In this document: positions 42,006-52,797 of the stretch, piece by piece
Numbering within the stretch: position 1 is the stretch's first letter
Layout of the letters: every line of letters starts with the position of its first letter
Origin: Candidatus Undinarchaeales archaeon
GTDB lineage: Archaea > SpSt-1190 > JASMDC01
Direction of reading: 5' to 3'
DNA: 64,000 bases
NCBI GenBank assembly: GCA_030753015.1
Contig: JASMDC010000020.1
Span: 1 to 64,000 of the forward strand
The notes under the pieces: generated by a model
What the model was told of the DNA's origin: nothing
The model's input: only the letters and a program-made list of their open reading frames with translations
Database searches by the model: none
Translations under genes and position numbers: made by a program

Positions 42006-44723
42006 ATGAGGGAGTGGTGGGTTGGTCTGCTAGCGCTGTCCTTGCTCCTCGCCCAGTTCTCCGTTGCAGGAGAGACCGATATCGAGGAGAGCGTCGACCT
42101 GACGTCCCTTGGCCGTGCTCGCACGAGTGTCGTATTCCATCTGCGCGACGGCCGGACACGTGACCGTGAGTCGCTCGAGGCCGCTTGCCGCCGTATCCCA
42201 CAAGCGTTATCCTGCATCCCTAACGTCGTGACCATGCCCGAGGGCGAGGACGTGATCTTCGACATCGATGCGCTCCACGACCTTTCCATTCAATCCATTG
42301 AGGGTGAGGGCCCGGACCGGCTCGTGTTCCTCTCTCGTATCCGACCGCTCCAGTTCTCCCTCGGTACCGGGTTCGGGGAGATGTCCCGCATCCTGCTCGT
42401 TCGGTATCCGTCCCACACGACAGCTGTCGAGCGGGTGCAGGACGCCGTGCTCACAGCGACCATCCCCCTGGACCTCACCACTGCGGAGGAACTGGACATC
42501 CAGGCCCCGGATCCCGTCCCGGCCGGCGAGCTCGTACGTCTCCCCGGTCTCGAAGGCGCCCTGTGCGTTCTCGCCGTCCTCGACGACACCACGATCGTGG
42601 AACGACGCCTTCTGCCCGGATGCCAGAACACACTCATCCCCACCGTGGGCCTTGATCCCGACAACGAACATCGGCTCTTGGTAGTGGTCGTTGACATAGG
42701 GGCGATAAAGCGCGCGGTGGTCCCCATCACCATCCGTCCCGTCGAGTTCCATCTCTCCATGCTCCTTGACCGAGATCCAGTGGTCGCAGGGGAGAGCTTC
42801 ACCATCGAGCTGGGAAGGCGTGTCGAGTCGTGTGTGGTGACCCTCGAGGACGCGGGAGGGCATGTGATGGACCGGCTCGAGCTCACTGAATGTGAGCGTA
42901 TCCCCGTAGGCACCTCGTCTGGCATGGTACCAGGGATGTATATCGTCCGTGTGGACGCCACTATCGGTGGGAGGATGGTCTCGGTTGCGACGACCATCGA
43001 GATTCTCTCGTCCGGAATGGAAACGGCCGTCATCCACATGGAAAAGCGTTCGTTCCTACCGGGGGAGAAGGCCCGCATCCACGTGGACACCCCGGGGGAC
43101 TGGTGCACAACCGCCGTATACAACCTGGACGGCATCAAGGTGAGCGAGGAAGCGACCTTCGGATGTGGGACCTTCGATATCCAGCTCGACGACGCCCTGC
43201 CACCCGGGAAGTACATCATCAGGACCGAGGTGTTCAAGAAGGGGGTCCTCACGGCCGTAGTGGCCACACCCATCGAAGTGAAGGAGTGGCGTCCCGCGAT
43301 GCGGACTGCCCGTCACGAACTGTGCGCCCAGGGATTCCTGCCCGTCGACGAGCTCCGCATCCCGTGCATCGCGGAAGGTGACGTGTGCTCACCGTCCTCC
43401 CTTGCCACGCCCTTCTGCCTATGCTTCGCAGATGACGAGGCGACGGACGTGTGCAGGTACGGGAGCCCGTGCACGGCGGATGGTTGCGGTCCCCGCAAGC
43501 TCGCTGACCCATACGTCATCGTCAGAGAACCGGGCGGTAGATGTATTGCGAGACGGGGGAGCGACTCCCTATCCTGTGTCGAGGAGGGCGAGCTCTGCAC
43601 CGACCGTTGCGTCTGTCTCTCTGGAAGTGGTAGCCCTGTCGCCACCTGTTCCCAGGGTGAGAGCTGTCAGCCCGATGGGTGCCAGGCAACGAACCTGCAG
43701 TTCAGGATCAAGGAGCTTCCTGTGAACCATACCAGGACCGACGTCCTCGCGAAAGGAGTAACGCTCACGTGGAAGGGCTCCGTGCTCTTCGACGGTTCGC
43801 CCGTTGTCACGCAGGGCGCGGTCACTGGTAAGGCGTTCCTCAGCGACCTCAGGTCATCGGGATTCGAGGCTTTGTTCGACGGATCATGGAGCCTTACCGC
43901 CACGTTCGCGGGCGATCTTTCGCCTGGAACCCACGAGCTCTACCTTGTCGTCGAGCACAACGGTTTCAGGCACGTTATCCGCTCTCCTTTCGAGGTCTGG
44001 TATCCCCAGGACGACAGCGGCATCATCCTCTTCATGGAGCGGATGTCCCCCACCCAGCTCTCCAGAGCCGAGCTGGGCATCGGGAGCCCCCTGGAGCTCA
44101 TGGTGCGTGTACGTGATCTCGAGGGGCGTGACCTCGTCCACCTCCCCCAACGAGCGTTCACCCTCACGGCTGCTGGCCTTATGGCCGATCCCGTAACTGC
44201 CACGTATGACCATGTGGGAGGTATCTGGACCGTAGTGGGCTCCTTGCGGGGTATACCAAATGACAAGGATGGGTCGGTCCTCTCGGTAGAGCATCTTGGA
44301 CGGAAGGGGACACTTCGCGCACAGCTCTCCGTGGCCGACCGTGCACCGCTCTCGCTCCGGATCCAGAGGGTCGAGCCCGGAACGATGGACAAACCACTGT
44401 TCTACGTCCTTACGACCCTTGGCTTCGAACTGGACATCTACCTTCGTATCCATGGAGCGGAGGGCATCACCAAGGAGAGCTTCGATATCCGGCTCGGCGA
44501 GCTCGCCATCAGGCCAGATATGATCACCTACATCATCAACACGCTTGAGGGCACCCGGATCCACATCAGTGGAGTACGCCTATGTCCGCCGGAGCCCCCC
44601 GATACACTTCTGCCACTTGTCGTGAACCTGGCTGACAGCGGAAGGTCCGCTCATGATAGTACAACGGTCCTCATCAAAGGCAATCCCGGCCACTGGGACA
44701 ACGTGGAGGAGGTGTCGTGCTGA
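42006..44723 (+). CDS. Large secreted protein with Ig-like domains and a duplicated Cys-rich module
   Basis: Sec signal WWVGLLALSLLLAQFSVA; repeated PG.Y/H Ig-like units; two copies of C..EG..C....C.C......C..G..C..DGC. Confidence 0.8.
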   Translation: MREWWVGLLALSLLLAQFSVAGETDIEESVDLTSLGRARTSVVFHLRDGRTRDRESLEAACRRIPQALSCIPNVVTMPEGEDVIFDIDALHDLSIQSIEGEGPDRLVFLSRIRPLQFSLGTGFGEMSRILLVRYPSHTTAVERVQDAVLTATIPLDLTTAEELDIQAPDPVPAGELVRLPGLEGALCVLAVLDDTTIVERRLLPGCQNTLIPTVGLDPDNEHRLLVVVVDIGAIKRAVVPITIRPVEFHLSMLLDRDPVVAGESFTIELGRRVESCVVTLEDAGGHVMDRLELTECERIPVGTSSGMVPGMYIVRVDATIGGRMVSVATTIEILSSGMETAVIHMEKRSFLPGEKARIHVDTPGDWCTTAVYNLDGIKVSEEATFGCGTFDIQLDDALPPGKYIIRTEVFKKGVLTAVVATPIEVKEWRPAMRTARHELCAQGFLPVDELRIPCIAEGDVCSPSSLATPFCLCFADDEATDVCRYGSPCTADGCGPRKLADPYVIVREPGGRCIARRGSDSLSCVEEGELCTDRCVCLSGSGSPVATCSQGESCQPDGCQATNLQFRIKELPVNHTRTDVLAKGVTLTWKGSVLFDGSPVVTQGAVTGKAFLSDLRSSGFEALFDGSWSLTATFAGDLSPGTHELYLVVEHNGFRHVIRSPFEVWYPQDDSGIILFMERMSPTQLSRAELGIGSPLELMVRVRDLEGRDLVHLPQRAFTLTAAGLMADPVTATYDHVGGIWTVVGSLRGIPNDKDGSVLSVEHLGRKGTLRAQLSVADRAPLSLRIQRVEPGTMDKPLFYVLTTLGFELDIYLRIHGAEGITKESFDIRLGELAIRPDMITYIINTLEGTRIHISGVRLCPPEPPDTLLPLVVNLADSGRSAHDSTTVLIKGNPGHWDNVEEVSC

Positions 44724-46531
44724 TGGGACGGAGGATCGCACGCCAACGGGGCCAGATGACCCTACTGGGCCTGATCGCCATAGCCCTCGTGGTCCTGCTG
44801 ATAGTGGGTGTCTTCCTGTATCGCGGTCGGACGGAACGTGAGGTCAGGGTCGGACGAATCTCATCGGAGTCAACTCGGGAGATGCTCATCAAGCTCGAGC
44901 GACAGGTGGACACACTTCTCGCCACTTCCATGTACGAGGCGGCCTTCGAGATGGGAGCGCATGGCGGGTACATCGCTGAGAGCGTGCCCCGCCTGAACCA
45001 CTATGGGGTACCGTACCTGTTCTATCGGGGCAAGGTCGTGAACCTTCCCTCGGTAAAGGCCATGCAGGAGATGTACGCCGACGAGGTGAAGCGCAGGCTT
45101 GAGACGAAGCTGGCCGTGCTCCGGCGTGAACTCGAGGGGAAGGTAGTGCTGGCGGTCCCAGAGGTGCGCATCACGCTCGTGGACGACAACGTCCTCGCCA
45201 AGATGGAGCTTCCCGTCGAGGTGCAAGGGGAGACGCGGGCCCGGTCCCGCATCCCCATCTCCATGAACCTTCCCGTCCGGCTCAAGCGATTGCGCGACCT
45301 TGCCGAGCGCTATGTGCGTGACTACACGAGGGAGCGCCGGATGGAGAAGAACTTCCTCTACGGTATGACGAACGATCCCAGGATAGCCACTCCTGGTAGC
45401 GACTTGCGCACAATCCCGTGTGAAGGTAAGACCGTACTGAGCACCTATAACCAGCTGGTGACGCCCTTCCGCGAGACCGCACAGCTCGCAGTGTCGCTGG
45501 AGCTCAAGCGCGTGCTCGAGTCGCCCATATACTCCTCCGAGCACATCCAGTGGGACGTGGACCTCAATCCACGAGAGGTCGAGTTCTCCTTCGTGGCCAA
45601 TCAGGGTGAGGGGACGTACGAGAGCACCGACACGATCCGCCTCATCCCGGTCCCGTTCCCGGCTGTGGCCCAGAGCGATGGGCTGTGCCTATCCCGGTTC
45701 TTCGTCCAGTACGATATCAACTTCCCCATGCGCTACACGATACGTGACGTCCAACCGACCTCGATGACCATCGGGGCCACCGAGAACCTCGCGGTCCGCC
45801 CGCTGGACTTCAGGTTCTACATGATGCCCCTTCTCCTCGGCGAGGACGTCAATGCCGTAGATGTCGAGGTGACAGCACCTGAGACTGTGGACGACCTGTG
45901 CCATGGGTCGTGCTCGGTCGACCTCACCATCACCAACTCGGACGCAGGTACCGTATGGCTCGACTCGTGCAAGTACCGCTATAGCGGTGGACGTCTCCAG
46001 GAGACGGGGACGGTATGCGGACGTCTCACCCTCATCGTCGAGCCTGACGCCCAGTTCAGCCTGGCCAAGTACGTGGAGCAGGTGACGATCATCGACAACA
46101 TCCGCTCCCTCATCACACTCAAGCCCTTCAGCACGGTCACGGGTTCGATGATGGAGAAACGTCGTGTGTACTGCTCGACATTGATGACCGTGCGTGAGGA
46201 CCCGTCGGTACCCCTGGGAGCTCAGGAGGGGACGACCCCCGGCACTGTGGAGGTCATCCTTCAACCCCTCTCGTCCCGGCTCGACCGACGTCGCGTGTCA
46301 GTGGACGAATCCGGCGCATTTGAGATCCCATTCGTGGTCCCTGGGCGCTATCTGGTCATGGCGGTCCCGTCTCGGAACGAAGCGGGAGTGCCCTACCAGG
46401 AGGTCGAGTCCGCGGGATTCATCCACGAGGTCACGGAGGGCCGGAACGAGCTGACCATCGAGCTCGAGCCCCTTGGCCTGATGAAAGTGGGCGACAAGTA
46501 CATCGGTATCACGTCTACGGAGGTATGCTAG
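44723..46531 (+). CDS. Pilin-like exported protein with class III signal peptide
   Basis: RQRG|QMTLLGLIAIALVVLLIVGVFLY; G.HGGY, VPY.FY, P.RL motifs; TGATG coupling to the upstream gene. Confidence 0.8.
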   Translation: MGRRIARQRGQMTLLGLIAIALVVLLIVGVFLYRGRTEREVRVGRISSESTREMLIKLERQVDTLLATSMYEAAFEMGAHGGYIAESVPRLNHYGVPYLFYRGKVVNLPSVKAMQEMYADEVKRRLETKLAVLRRELEGKVVLAVPEVRITLVDDNVLAKMELPVEVQGETRARSRIPISMNLPVRLKRLRDLAERYVRDYTRERRMEKNFLYGMTNDPRIATPGSDLRTIPCEGKTVLSTYNQLVTPFRETAQLAVSLELKRVLESPIYSSEHIQWDVDLNPREVEFSFVANQGEGTYESTDTIRLIPVPFPAVAQSDGLCLSRFFVQYDINFPMRYTIRDVQPTSMTIGATENLAVRPLDFRFYMMPLLLGEDVNAVDVEVTAPETVDDLCHGSCSVDLTITNSDAGTVWLDSCKYRYSGGRLQETGTVCGRLTLIVEPDAQFSLAKYVEQVTIIDNIRSLITLKPFSTVTGSMMEKRRVYCSTLMTVREDPSVPLGAQEGTTPGTVEVILQPLSSRLDRRRVSVDESGAFEIPFVVPGRYLVMAVPSRNEAGVPYQEVESAGFIHEVTEGRNELTIELEPLGLMKVGDKYIGITSTEVC

Positions 46532-46532
46532 G

Positions 46533-49500
46533 ATGAGCATGAGGAACACAGCACTGACGGCCATCCTCGTCACTCTGCTCGTTCTGCCCGTACTTGGTCT
46601 GGGAGTATGCGTCCCCGACGGCGCTTCGAACATCTGCGTCCCGCGGTTGCTACCGGCACCGGGCGTTGACGGTGGTGACGGCCCCCGCCTTGATCCTTCC
46701 CTCACCGATTGCTCACCGGAGCGTACGACAGCCAACATGCGTGGGCACCTCGACGACGTCGTGGGCGACCTCGAAAGGGCCGCCAGGTACTACGACGCGC
46801 TCGCCACAAACCTTGATACCATCAGACTAGGGTTCGACCAGTGGTGCAGCAACTGCCGGGATGCGGTACAGGAGTTCGCGGCCAAGGAGTATAGCTCCTG
46901 TGGTGGTCGGCTCTCGACGGCGCCTACACCCGCCGGTGTGGCCACCGACCCTGGTTTCGGGCCTGACGTCTGTCGGGAGGCCGTCGCCACTCTCTGCCCA
47001 CCTGACGACCCCCGGTCCGCCTGGTGCACCGCGGACTCGGTCCCCGATCCGCTGGCGGAGTCATGTCCCCTCTGTCTCACTCTGGACTGCGTCTACGGCC
47101 ATGAGTGCCGTCTCGGCGCACCGAACGCCGCTGCCCGGAGCTCCACGGGCGCGACGAGCTGCCCTCAGGAGCCCGATGCAGCCAGCGCTGCTGCATGCGG
47201 CGGCCTCGATTTGGGCCGCGTGTTCCCACGGCCGGGAGACGATGGGGATGGCTTCGGCCTAGATATCGGTATCTGCATCGATATCAGCCTCTTCGTCGAT
47301 ATCAGTGTGTGCGCCTCGATCGGCGAGGACGGTATCGATGTGGACGCGGACGTCGGGATGAGCGGTGATGTGGGCGTTGCCGTCGAGGGCGAGGTGGGCG
47401 TCGACACGGGCGCGGGTGTCGGTGTCGAAGCCGGTGCGGGGATCGAGGTGGGTGACGAGGTCGACTTGGACGCGGATATCGGGATCATCGCTGACGAGGA
47501 CGAGGGTGGTCTCGTGGACGTGGACATCGACCTCGACATCCCTCCCTTCGACACCGGTGTGCCCCCGGACCAGTGCCTTACGCTCGATGACAGGACAGCG
47601 TGCAATGCCGGCGGTGAGCTCGATGTGTTCGATGCACCCGTTGGCACCATCGGCAGTGGGACCGACGATCTGGGCATCGAAGGATGCGTGACCGAGGGCT
47701 CGCCACGTACGTGCGAGCCGCCTGTGGAGGGCGAGGGCGTACCTGTCCCCGAGGAAGAGCCCGCACAGGAGCCCGAGGTCGTGGACTGCACACAGTGCGT
47801 GTACAAGCGCGTTTGGGAGATGCGCCCAATCGACGAGGATGGGATGGACTGCCTGGCCTGCGCAACGTGGTGTGATGAGAATTCACAGATGGCGGGGATC
47901 GTTGAGGGTGAGACCGTGGCCGACTGCCTCCTCTGCCGTAACTCCTGTCAATGGATGTCGGACCTCAAGCTGGTCGCCATCGACGGGGTGACCGACTGTA
48001 GCACCTGCGACGAGGACCAGGTCAGCGGCGTGATCTGGACATCGCCCATCAGGACTGTCGGCGACGCTTGGACCGTTGACTGCCCTGCCTGCGAAGTGTG
48101 GTGCGGGGACGGGACCATCTTCACAACGACCGACCAGGGATGGGTACTCGACTGCATAGCCTGCGAGAACCTGTGCAAGGAAGAGGAACCTGTGGAGATC
48201 ATCCAGGAAGAGGGGACTCCGATGCGTATGAACGCGGAGCCCGGAACGTGCACCGAGCGCCAGTGCTGTGGTCCGCCGTTCACCTGCCAGGACGGTTACA
48301 TCGACTTAACGTGGATGGTCACCGGTTGTCTCCCCGATGAGCACGAGTGTTCGCAGGTGACCCAGGCAAGCCTGGTGACCCGTCGGAAGCGGAACGCCAT
48401 CCCATCCCCCGGTGGGATGCACGAGTGCCAGCAGAACGTCGCCGACCTCAAGGACGTGTGCACAGTCGAGGGCTCGGCCGTGCTCGGTGAGGGGACGGTC
48501 GATCCCTGCACTGTGGCCAATCGGCTCACTGGCCTCGTTGTGGACATCCGTCTGCTCGCCACGCGTATCGACGAGACCACCGTTCTCCTCCGTCGGCTCG
48601 CTGAGCGGCTCCGGATCGAGCACGCCCAGGGATTCGCCGATCGCTCGAACGCCACCGCGGAGGCCATAGTCCGGGAGCTTGCGGTCCTGCTCAGCGACGT
48701 CCCAACATCAGAGGGATTCCAGAGCGAGCTCGTGGGCTTCGTACGGTTGTTCCAGAGCGAGGGTTTCGTACGAGACATCTCCATCTCTGAATGGCAGACG
48801 GGTGCGGAGTACGACATCCGCGCCGTCACTGGCGGTGGTCCCGGCGACGGTCTCTGGAACGAGTACTGTTCTGGTCACCGGCTCTGCGGCGCTTGTGCGG
48901 GGACGAGCGGCCCGGCCGGGTGTCTCGGACCCACGTCACAAGGTAGCTACGTGGAATACCGTGGCAACTACCGCGGCCGCTGCGCCTCTACTGGAGAGGT
49001 TGCAACCGTGGTCGAGGATAGAGGGCTAGACACATGGCGTGAGCGCGGGGCCATCGATAATCTGGGTACCATCGACGTTGATGAGGACCTTTTCATCGAC
49101 ACTGAGTCGTGCTACCGGTACGACGTCAAGGCCGCGCTCGCAGGCGCGGGGTCGAATCCCCTGGAGTGCACCGAGGTCTGTCGTGTGTGCGCCGGGGTCG
49201 ACCGTTCCCACTGCCAACCCCACCTTGGCGTATGCGTTTGCGAAGTGGGTTCCTGGTGGTTGCTCACGTCCCAGCGCTGCCGTCCAGCAGTCCCCGCCGG
49301 GGGACGGGAGCTGGCGTGCTGTGAGCGGGCGTTCGGTGTGGGTGCCGAACCAAGTCGCATCCCCCGTGGACCGGTGTGTGCAGGGCCCTTCGTTACCGGC
49401 GTTACTGTCGACTGGTGCCGACGATGGCCAGGGCTCTGCTGCACGTACCAGTTCGAGGAATTGCCCCTGGAACATGCCTGTCAGGCATTCGGAGCCGGAG

Positions 49501-51134
49501 GTGCAGGCGCGTGTACTGAGCTGTGCAGGAACCTCTTCAAGGACGAGAGGGCTGACATGTGCACAGCGCACTGCGACGACGTGGTGCCTGCATGCAATGA
49601 AGCATGCCTTGGATCAGGGGAGCGCGCATGTCTCGACGAGTGCTCCCCCTTGGCTGCTCCTTGCATCGAGGCATGCATCAAGGACCATCCTGAGAACGGG
49701 ACCGCATGCGAGGCGGCGTGCTCCGCAGGCGCTCCCGTCGGCACGGTCCGTGCGTTCGTGACCCGGAGCGATGCACCGATCGCCCCCAACCAAGTATTCA
49801 GCAAGGGCGACAAAGTGGACGTCGGCGGTATCCTGAACAATACAGGTAGCATCATCGTCCGTGGGACCGCGCGCTTGCATCTGGTCATCATCGATCAGTG
49901 CACATGCAAAGAAGAGGGATGCATCTGCCGTGAGGAGGTCGTGCTACTCAAGGAACGCCCGGTGCGGCTCTCGCCCGGTCAGGGACTGGACCTCGGCCGG
50001 ATCAGTTACATGCTCGAACGGGAAAACGTCTCGATCCAGGCGTTCATCGAGGTCGTGGACGAACGGGGCGAGGTCACACTCACTGGACGGGGTCCCATCT
50101 CCCATGTAGTACCTCCAGGCATCATCGCGGTCCGGGACGCATACTTCCTCGGCCCACGCGGGAGGACCACCGAGACCTATCCGGGGACGACGGTGAACGG
50201 TGCTGTCGTGATCGAACCCGCCGTGGTGCCCGTGGCTGTGGCGGTCTCTCTTGAGAAGGCTGGCGAGCCCGTGGCGAACGGGGTGGCATTCTATAAGCTC
50301 ACCATGGGCGCACCGAGCCGACCGCTGACCACCGGCCCGTTCACAGCCGAGGAGGACGATCTCGACTCGGTCGTGAGCATCCACGTCAAGGTCATCGGCC
50401 CCGACGGGACTGTGCTCCTGGACAGAACCCTCAAACAGCAGGGAATCGTGCCGGGTACGTGCGGGACGGAGATGACCGCAAGGTGCCTTGAGCAACTGGG
50501 TACGCGTCCTCCGTCCTATCCCTCCGCGTTCGTCCAGGTCCGAAGGCTGGTCCTTACCGTGATGCGTGCGGTCTTCATGAACGCCGACGGTCGCGTCCAG
50601 GACACCGTTGTGGACGATGAGGATGTGACAGCGGCCGTGTGGATCAAGAATCCCCTCGCCACGCCCTTCTCAGGACGGATCGAGACCACAATCGTCTCCA
50701 AGGAACACGGTGCAGTGACCTCGAAGGAGGAGACGCTCATAGGCAACCGCGCACTGAACCCTGGCGAGGAGCGGCTCATCCGGACCGAGTCCGTCCGCGC
50801 CGTCGCCCCCGATACCTACGTCCTGCGGGCGTTCGCTCGTGACGGGTCTGGCCGGGTGTGGCTCGATGAGATCGTGGACGCTCAGCTCCAGGTGCTCCCC
50901 GTACCAACGGCTCCTGTCGCCCCACCGGACCCATCGGCCATCGCGGCGTTCGCCTCCATCGACACCACCATCGGGATCGGCCAATGCCGGTTCACGGTGC
51001 TGTGCACGGGCTGTTCGCCCGACTGTCAGCTACGCATCGACATGGAACTGTGTACGCTCACTCCTCGCGACTGTGACTGCGAATGCAGGTCTACTGTCGT
51101 CGAGCGTACCAAAGATGGTATGTCCTCTGTTTGA
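46533..51134 (+). CDS. Giant secreted cysteine-rich protein (1533 aa)
   Basis: Signal TALTAILVTLLVLPVLG; many CxxC/CxxxC units; acidic alternating segment; Ig-like C-terminal domains. Confidence 0.8.
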   Translation: MSMRNTALTAILVTLLVLPVLGLGVCVPDGASNICVPRLLPAPGVDGGDGPRLDPSLTDCSPERTTANMRGHLDDVVGDLERAARYYDALATNLDTIRLGFDQWCSNCRDAVQEFAAKEYSSCGGRLSTAPTPAGVATDPGFGPDVCREAVATLCPPDDPRSAWCTADSVPDPLAESCPLCLTLDCVYGHECRLGAPNAAARSSTGATSCPQEPDAASAAACGGLDLGRVFPRPGDDGDGFGLDIGICIDISLFVDISVCASIGEDGIDVDADVGMSGDVGVAVEGEVGVDTGAGVGVEAGAGIEVGDEVDLDADIGIIADEDEGGLVDVDIDLDIPPFDTGVPPDQCLTLDDRTACNAGGELDVFDAPVGTIGSGTDDLGIEGCVTEGSPRTCEPPVEGEGVPVPEEEPAQEPEVVDCTQCVYKRVWEMRPIDEDGMDCLACATWCDENSQMAGIVEGETVADCLLCRNSCQWMSDLKLVAIDGVTDCSTCDEDQVSGVIWTSPIRTVGDAWTVDCPACEVWCGDGTIFTTTDQGWVLDCIACENLCKEEEPVEIIQEEGTPMRMNAEPGTCTERQCCGPPFTCQDGYIDLTWMVTGCLPDEHECSQVTQASLVTRRKRNAIPSPGGMHECQQNVADLKDVCTVEGSAVLGEGTVDPCTVANRLTGLVVDIRLLATRIDETTVLLRRLAERLRIEHAQGFADRSNATAEAIVRELAVLLSDVPTSEGFQSELVGFVRLFQSEGFVRDISISEWQTGAEYDIRAVTGGGPGDGLWNEYCSGHRLCGACAGTSGPAGCLGPTSQGSYVEYRGNYRGRCASTGEVATVVEDRGLDTWRERGAIDNLGTIDVDEDLFIDTESCYRYDVKAALAGAGSNPLECTEVCRVCAGVDRSHCQPHLGVCVCEVGSWWLLTSQRCRPAVPAGGRELACCERAFGVGAEPSRIPRGPVCAGPFVTGVTVDWCRRWPGLCCTYQFEELPLEHACQAFGAGGAGACTELCRNLFKDERADMCTAHCDDVVPACNEACLGSGERACLDECSPLAAPCIEACIKDHPENGTACEAACSAGAPVGTVRAFVTRSDAPIAPNQVFSKGDKVDVGGILNNTGSIIVRGTARLHLVIIDQCTCKEEGCICREEVVLLKERPVRLSPGQGLDLGRISYMLERENVSIQAFIEVVDERGEVTLTGRGPISHVVPPGIIAVRDAYFLGPRGRTTETYPGTTVNGAVVIEPAVVPVAVAVSLEKAGEPVANGVAFYKLTMGAPSRPLTTGPFTAEEDDLDSVVSIHVKVIGPDGTVLLDRTLKQQGIVPGTCGTEMTARCLEQLGTRPPSYPSAFVQVRRLVLTVMRAVFMNADGRVQDTVVDDEDVTAAVWIKNPLATPFSGRIETTIVSKEHGAVTSKEETLIGNRALNPGEERLIRTESVRAVAPDTYVLRAFARDGSGRVWLDEIVDAQLQVLPVPTAPVAPPDPSAIAAFASIDTTIGIGQCRFTVLCTGCSPDCQLRIDMELCTLTPRDCDCECRSTVVERTKDGMSSV

Positions 51135-51148
51135 GTCCTACCCTTGTA

Positions 51149-51958
51149 TCATGCCGTCGATGGCCGGTGCAATGATGACGTCAGCAGGAACGCTGTCCCG
51201 AGAACCATGACGATAGTAGCGCCCGATGCCAGGTCAAGCACGAACGAGAGCCACAGGCCTGCCACGGTGAGCACCATCCCCACGAGGACGGATAGAGCCA
51301 TGAGCCGGTCGAGGCGTGAGGTGAACTGCCTGCTGATGGCAGCGGGCATGGTCAGTAGCGCGACCACGAGAATAACACCAACGACCCGGATGAGCACGAC
51401 GACACTGAGGGCCACAAGGCATAGGAGCAGCATGTACAGAGCGCGTGACGGGGCTCCCGACACCGTGGCGAACTCCTCGTCGAAAGAGATGGCAAGGAAG
51501 TCCTGGTAGAACACTGCCACGGTCCCCAGGATCACGATATCCAGCGCCAGCATCATGTACAGGTCGGTGACCGGAACGGTGAGGATGTTACCGAAGAGGT
51601 AGCTGAGTAGGTCCGGGGCGTACCCGGGTGCCAGCCCGATGAAGATTATCCCCAACGCCATGCCCATCGCCCAGAGGATCCCGATGGAGGTGTCCTCACT
51701 GATGCGTTCCCTGTGACCCAGAACGCCGATGGCGACTGCCGAGACGAGGCTGAAGGGTATGGCGGTCAGAATGGGGCTGACACCAAGGAGATAGCCCAGG
51801 CCGATGCCGCCGAACGCCGCGTGGGCTATGCCGCCGCTGATGAACACGATGCGTTTGACGACCACGTAGGTGCCGACCACCCCGCAGGCGATGCTCACGA
51901 GCACGCTCGCCATCAGGGCGTTGCGCATGAACTCGTACTGGAGTATCTCGAGCATCAC
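51149..51958 (-). CDS. znuB: Zn/Mn ABC transporter permease
   Basis: [48 protein letters not shown]. Confidence 0.95.
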   Translation of the reverse strand: MMLEILQYEFMRNALMASVLVSIACGVVGTYVVVKRIVFISGGIAHAAFGGIGLGYLLGVSPILTAIPFSLVSAVAIGVLGHRERISEDTSIGILWAMGMALGIIFIGLAPGYAPDLLSYLFGNILTVPVTDLYMMLALDIVILGTVAVFYQDFLAISFDEEFATVSGAPSRALYMLLLCLVALSVVVLIRVVGVILVVALLTMPAAISRQFTSRLDRLMALSVLVGMVLTVAGLWLSFVLDLASGATIVMVLGTAFLLTSSLHRPSTA

Positions 51959-52710
51959 TAATGCCTCCTGAGCACCCGGTGAGGGTGGCCGTGGTCGATG
52001 AGCTGGATCGGACAGGCGTACGCCGCCTCCAGGCCCTCAGCTCCGCCCTCGGCGTCCCCGTGGTGGAAGAGCTTCCGGTTGAGGCAGGCGACCTCCACGA
52101 CCTCCTCGGACATCACACCGATGTCGTGGGTGACCATCACGACGGCCATCCGGTCACGCAGTTCGGCCATGAGCTCGTAGAAGGACCGCTGCATGTCCGG
52201 ATCGATGCTGGCCATGGGCTCGTCCAGGAGCAGGAGCTCCGGTTCCCGCGCAAGGGCCCGGGCAAGGAGCACACGCTGGAGCTGACCTCCCGAGAGCGCT
52301 CCTATCTGCCGGTCACCATACTCGCTCATCTCAACGGTATCGAGCGCTTTGGTGACCTTCTGGCGGTCCATTGTCGTGTAGCCGCTGAAAGGACCGCGGT
52401 ATCGCCCCATGAGCACGACCTCGTTCACCGTTATGGGGAACTCCCGGTCGAACCGAGCGTACTGGGGGAGGTAGCCGATCCGCCGTCTCCCTTCCTCGGG
52501 CGAGGTGCCGAACACCTCCACCGTGCCGGCATCGGGCGGGATGAGACCCAGGATGACCTTGAGCAGGGTGCTCTTCCCACCCCCATTAGGGCCGAGGACC
52601 GCGATATAGTCGTTCTCGTGGATGTCGATCGTGACGCCCTCGAGCACCTGGCTGCCACCGAAGGAGACGTCCACCCCATCGAGCCTGACTATCACCTTCT
52701 CCTCAACCAT
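51958..52710 (-). CDS. znuC: Zn/Mn ABC transporter ATP-binding protein
   Basis: [29 protein letters not shown]-terminal HGHPH. Confidence 0.95.
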   Translation of the reverse strand: MVEEKVIVRLDGVDVSFGGSQVLEGVTIDIHENDYIAVLGPNGGGKSTLLKVILGLIPPDAGTVEVFGTSPEEGRRRIGYLPQYARFDREFPITVNEVVLMGRYRGPFSGYTTMDRQKVTKALDTVEMSEYGDRQIGALSGGQLQRVLLARALAREPELLLLDEPMASIDPDMQRSFYELMAELRDRMAVVMVTHDIGVMSEEVVEVACLNRKLFHHGDAEGGAEGLEAAYACPIQLIDHGHPHRVLRRH

Positions 52711-52797
52711 GACGGTCACCGGGTGTGCCTGGAGGCACCGAGCCTCCGCCACTGAGACCGGGCTGCTCTTCTTAAACCTGACGCATGCTAGCGGCGC

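Noticed and set aside
49148-49161. tRNA T-arm-like GGGGTCGAATCCCC
   Set aside because: Inside a long CDS, lacks the TTC, and no cloverleaf can be built around it.
46533-51134. Multiheme cytochrome interpretation of the Cys-rich giant
   Set aside because: The CxxC motifs are not followed by His; I found no CxxCH series.
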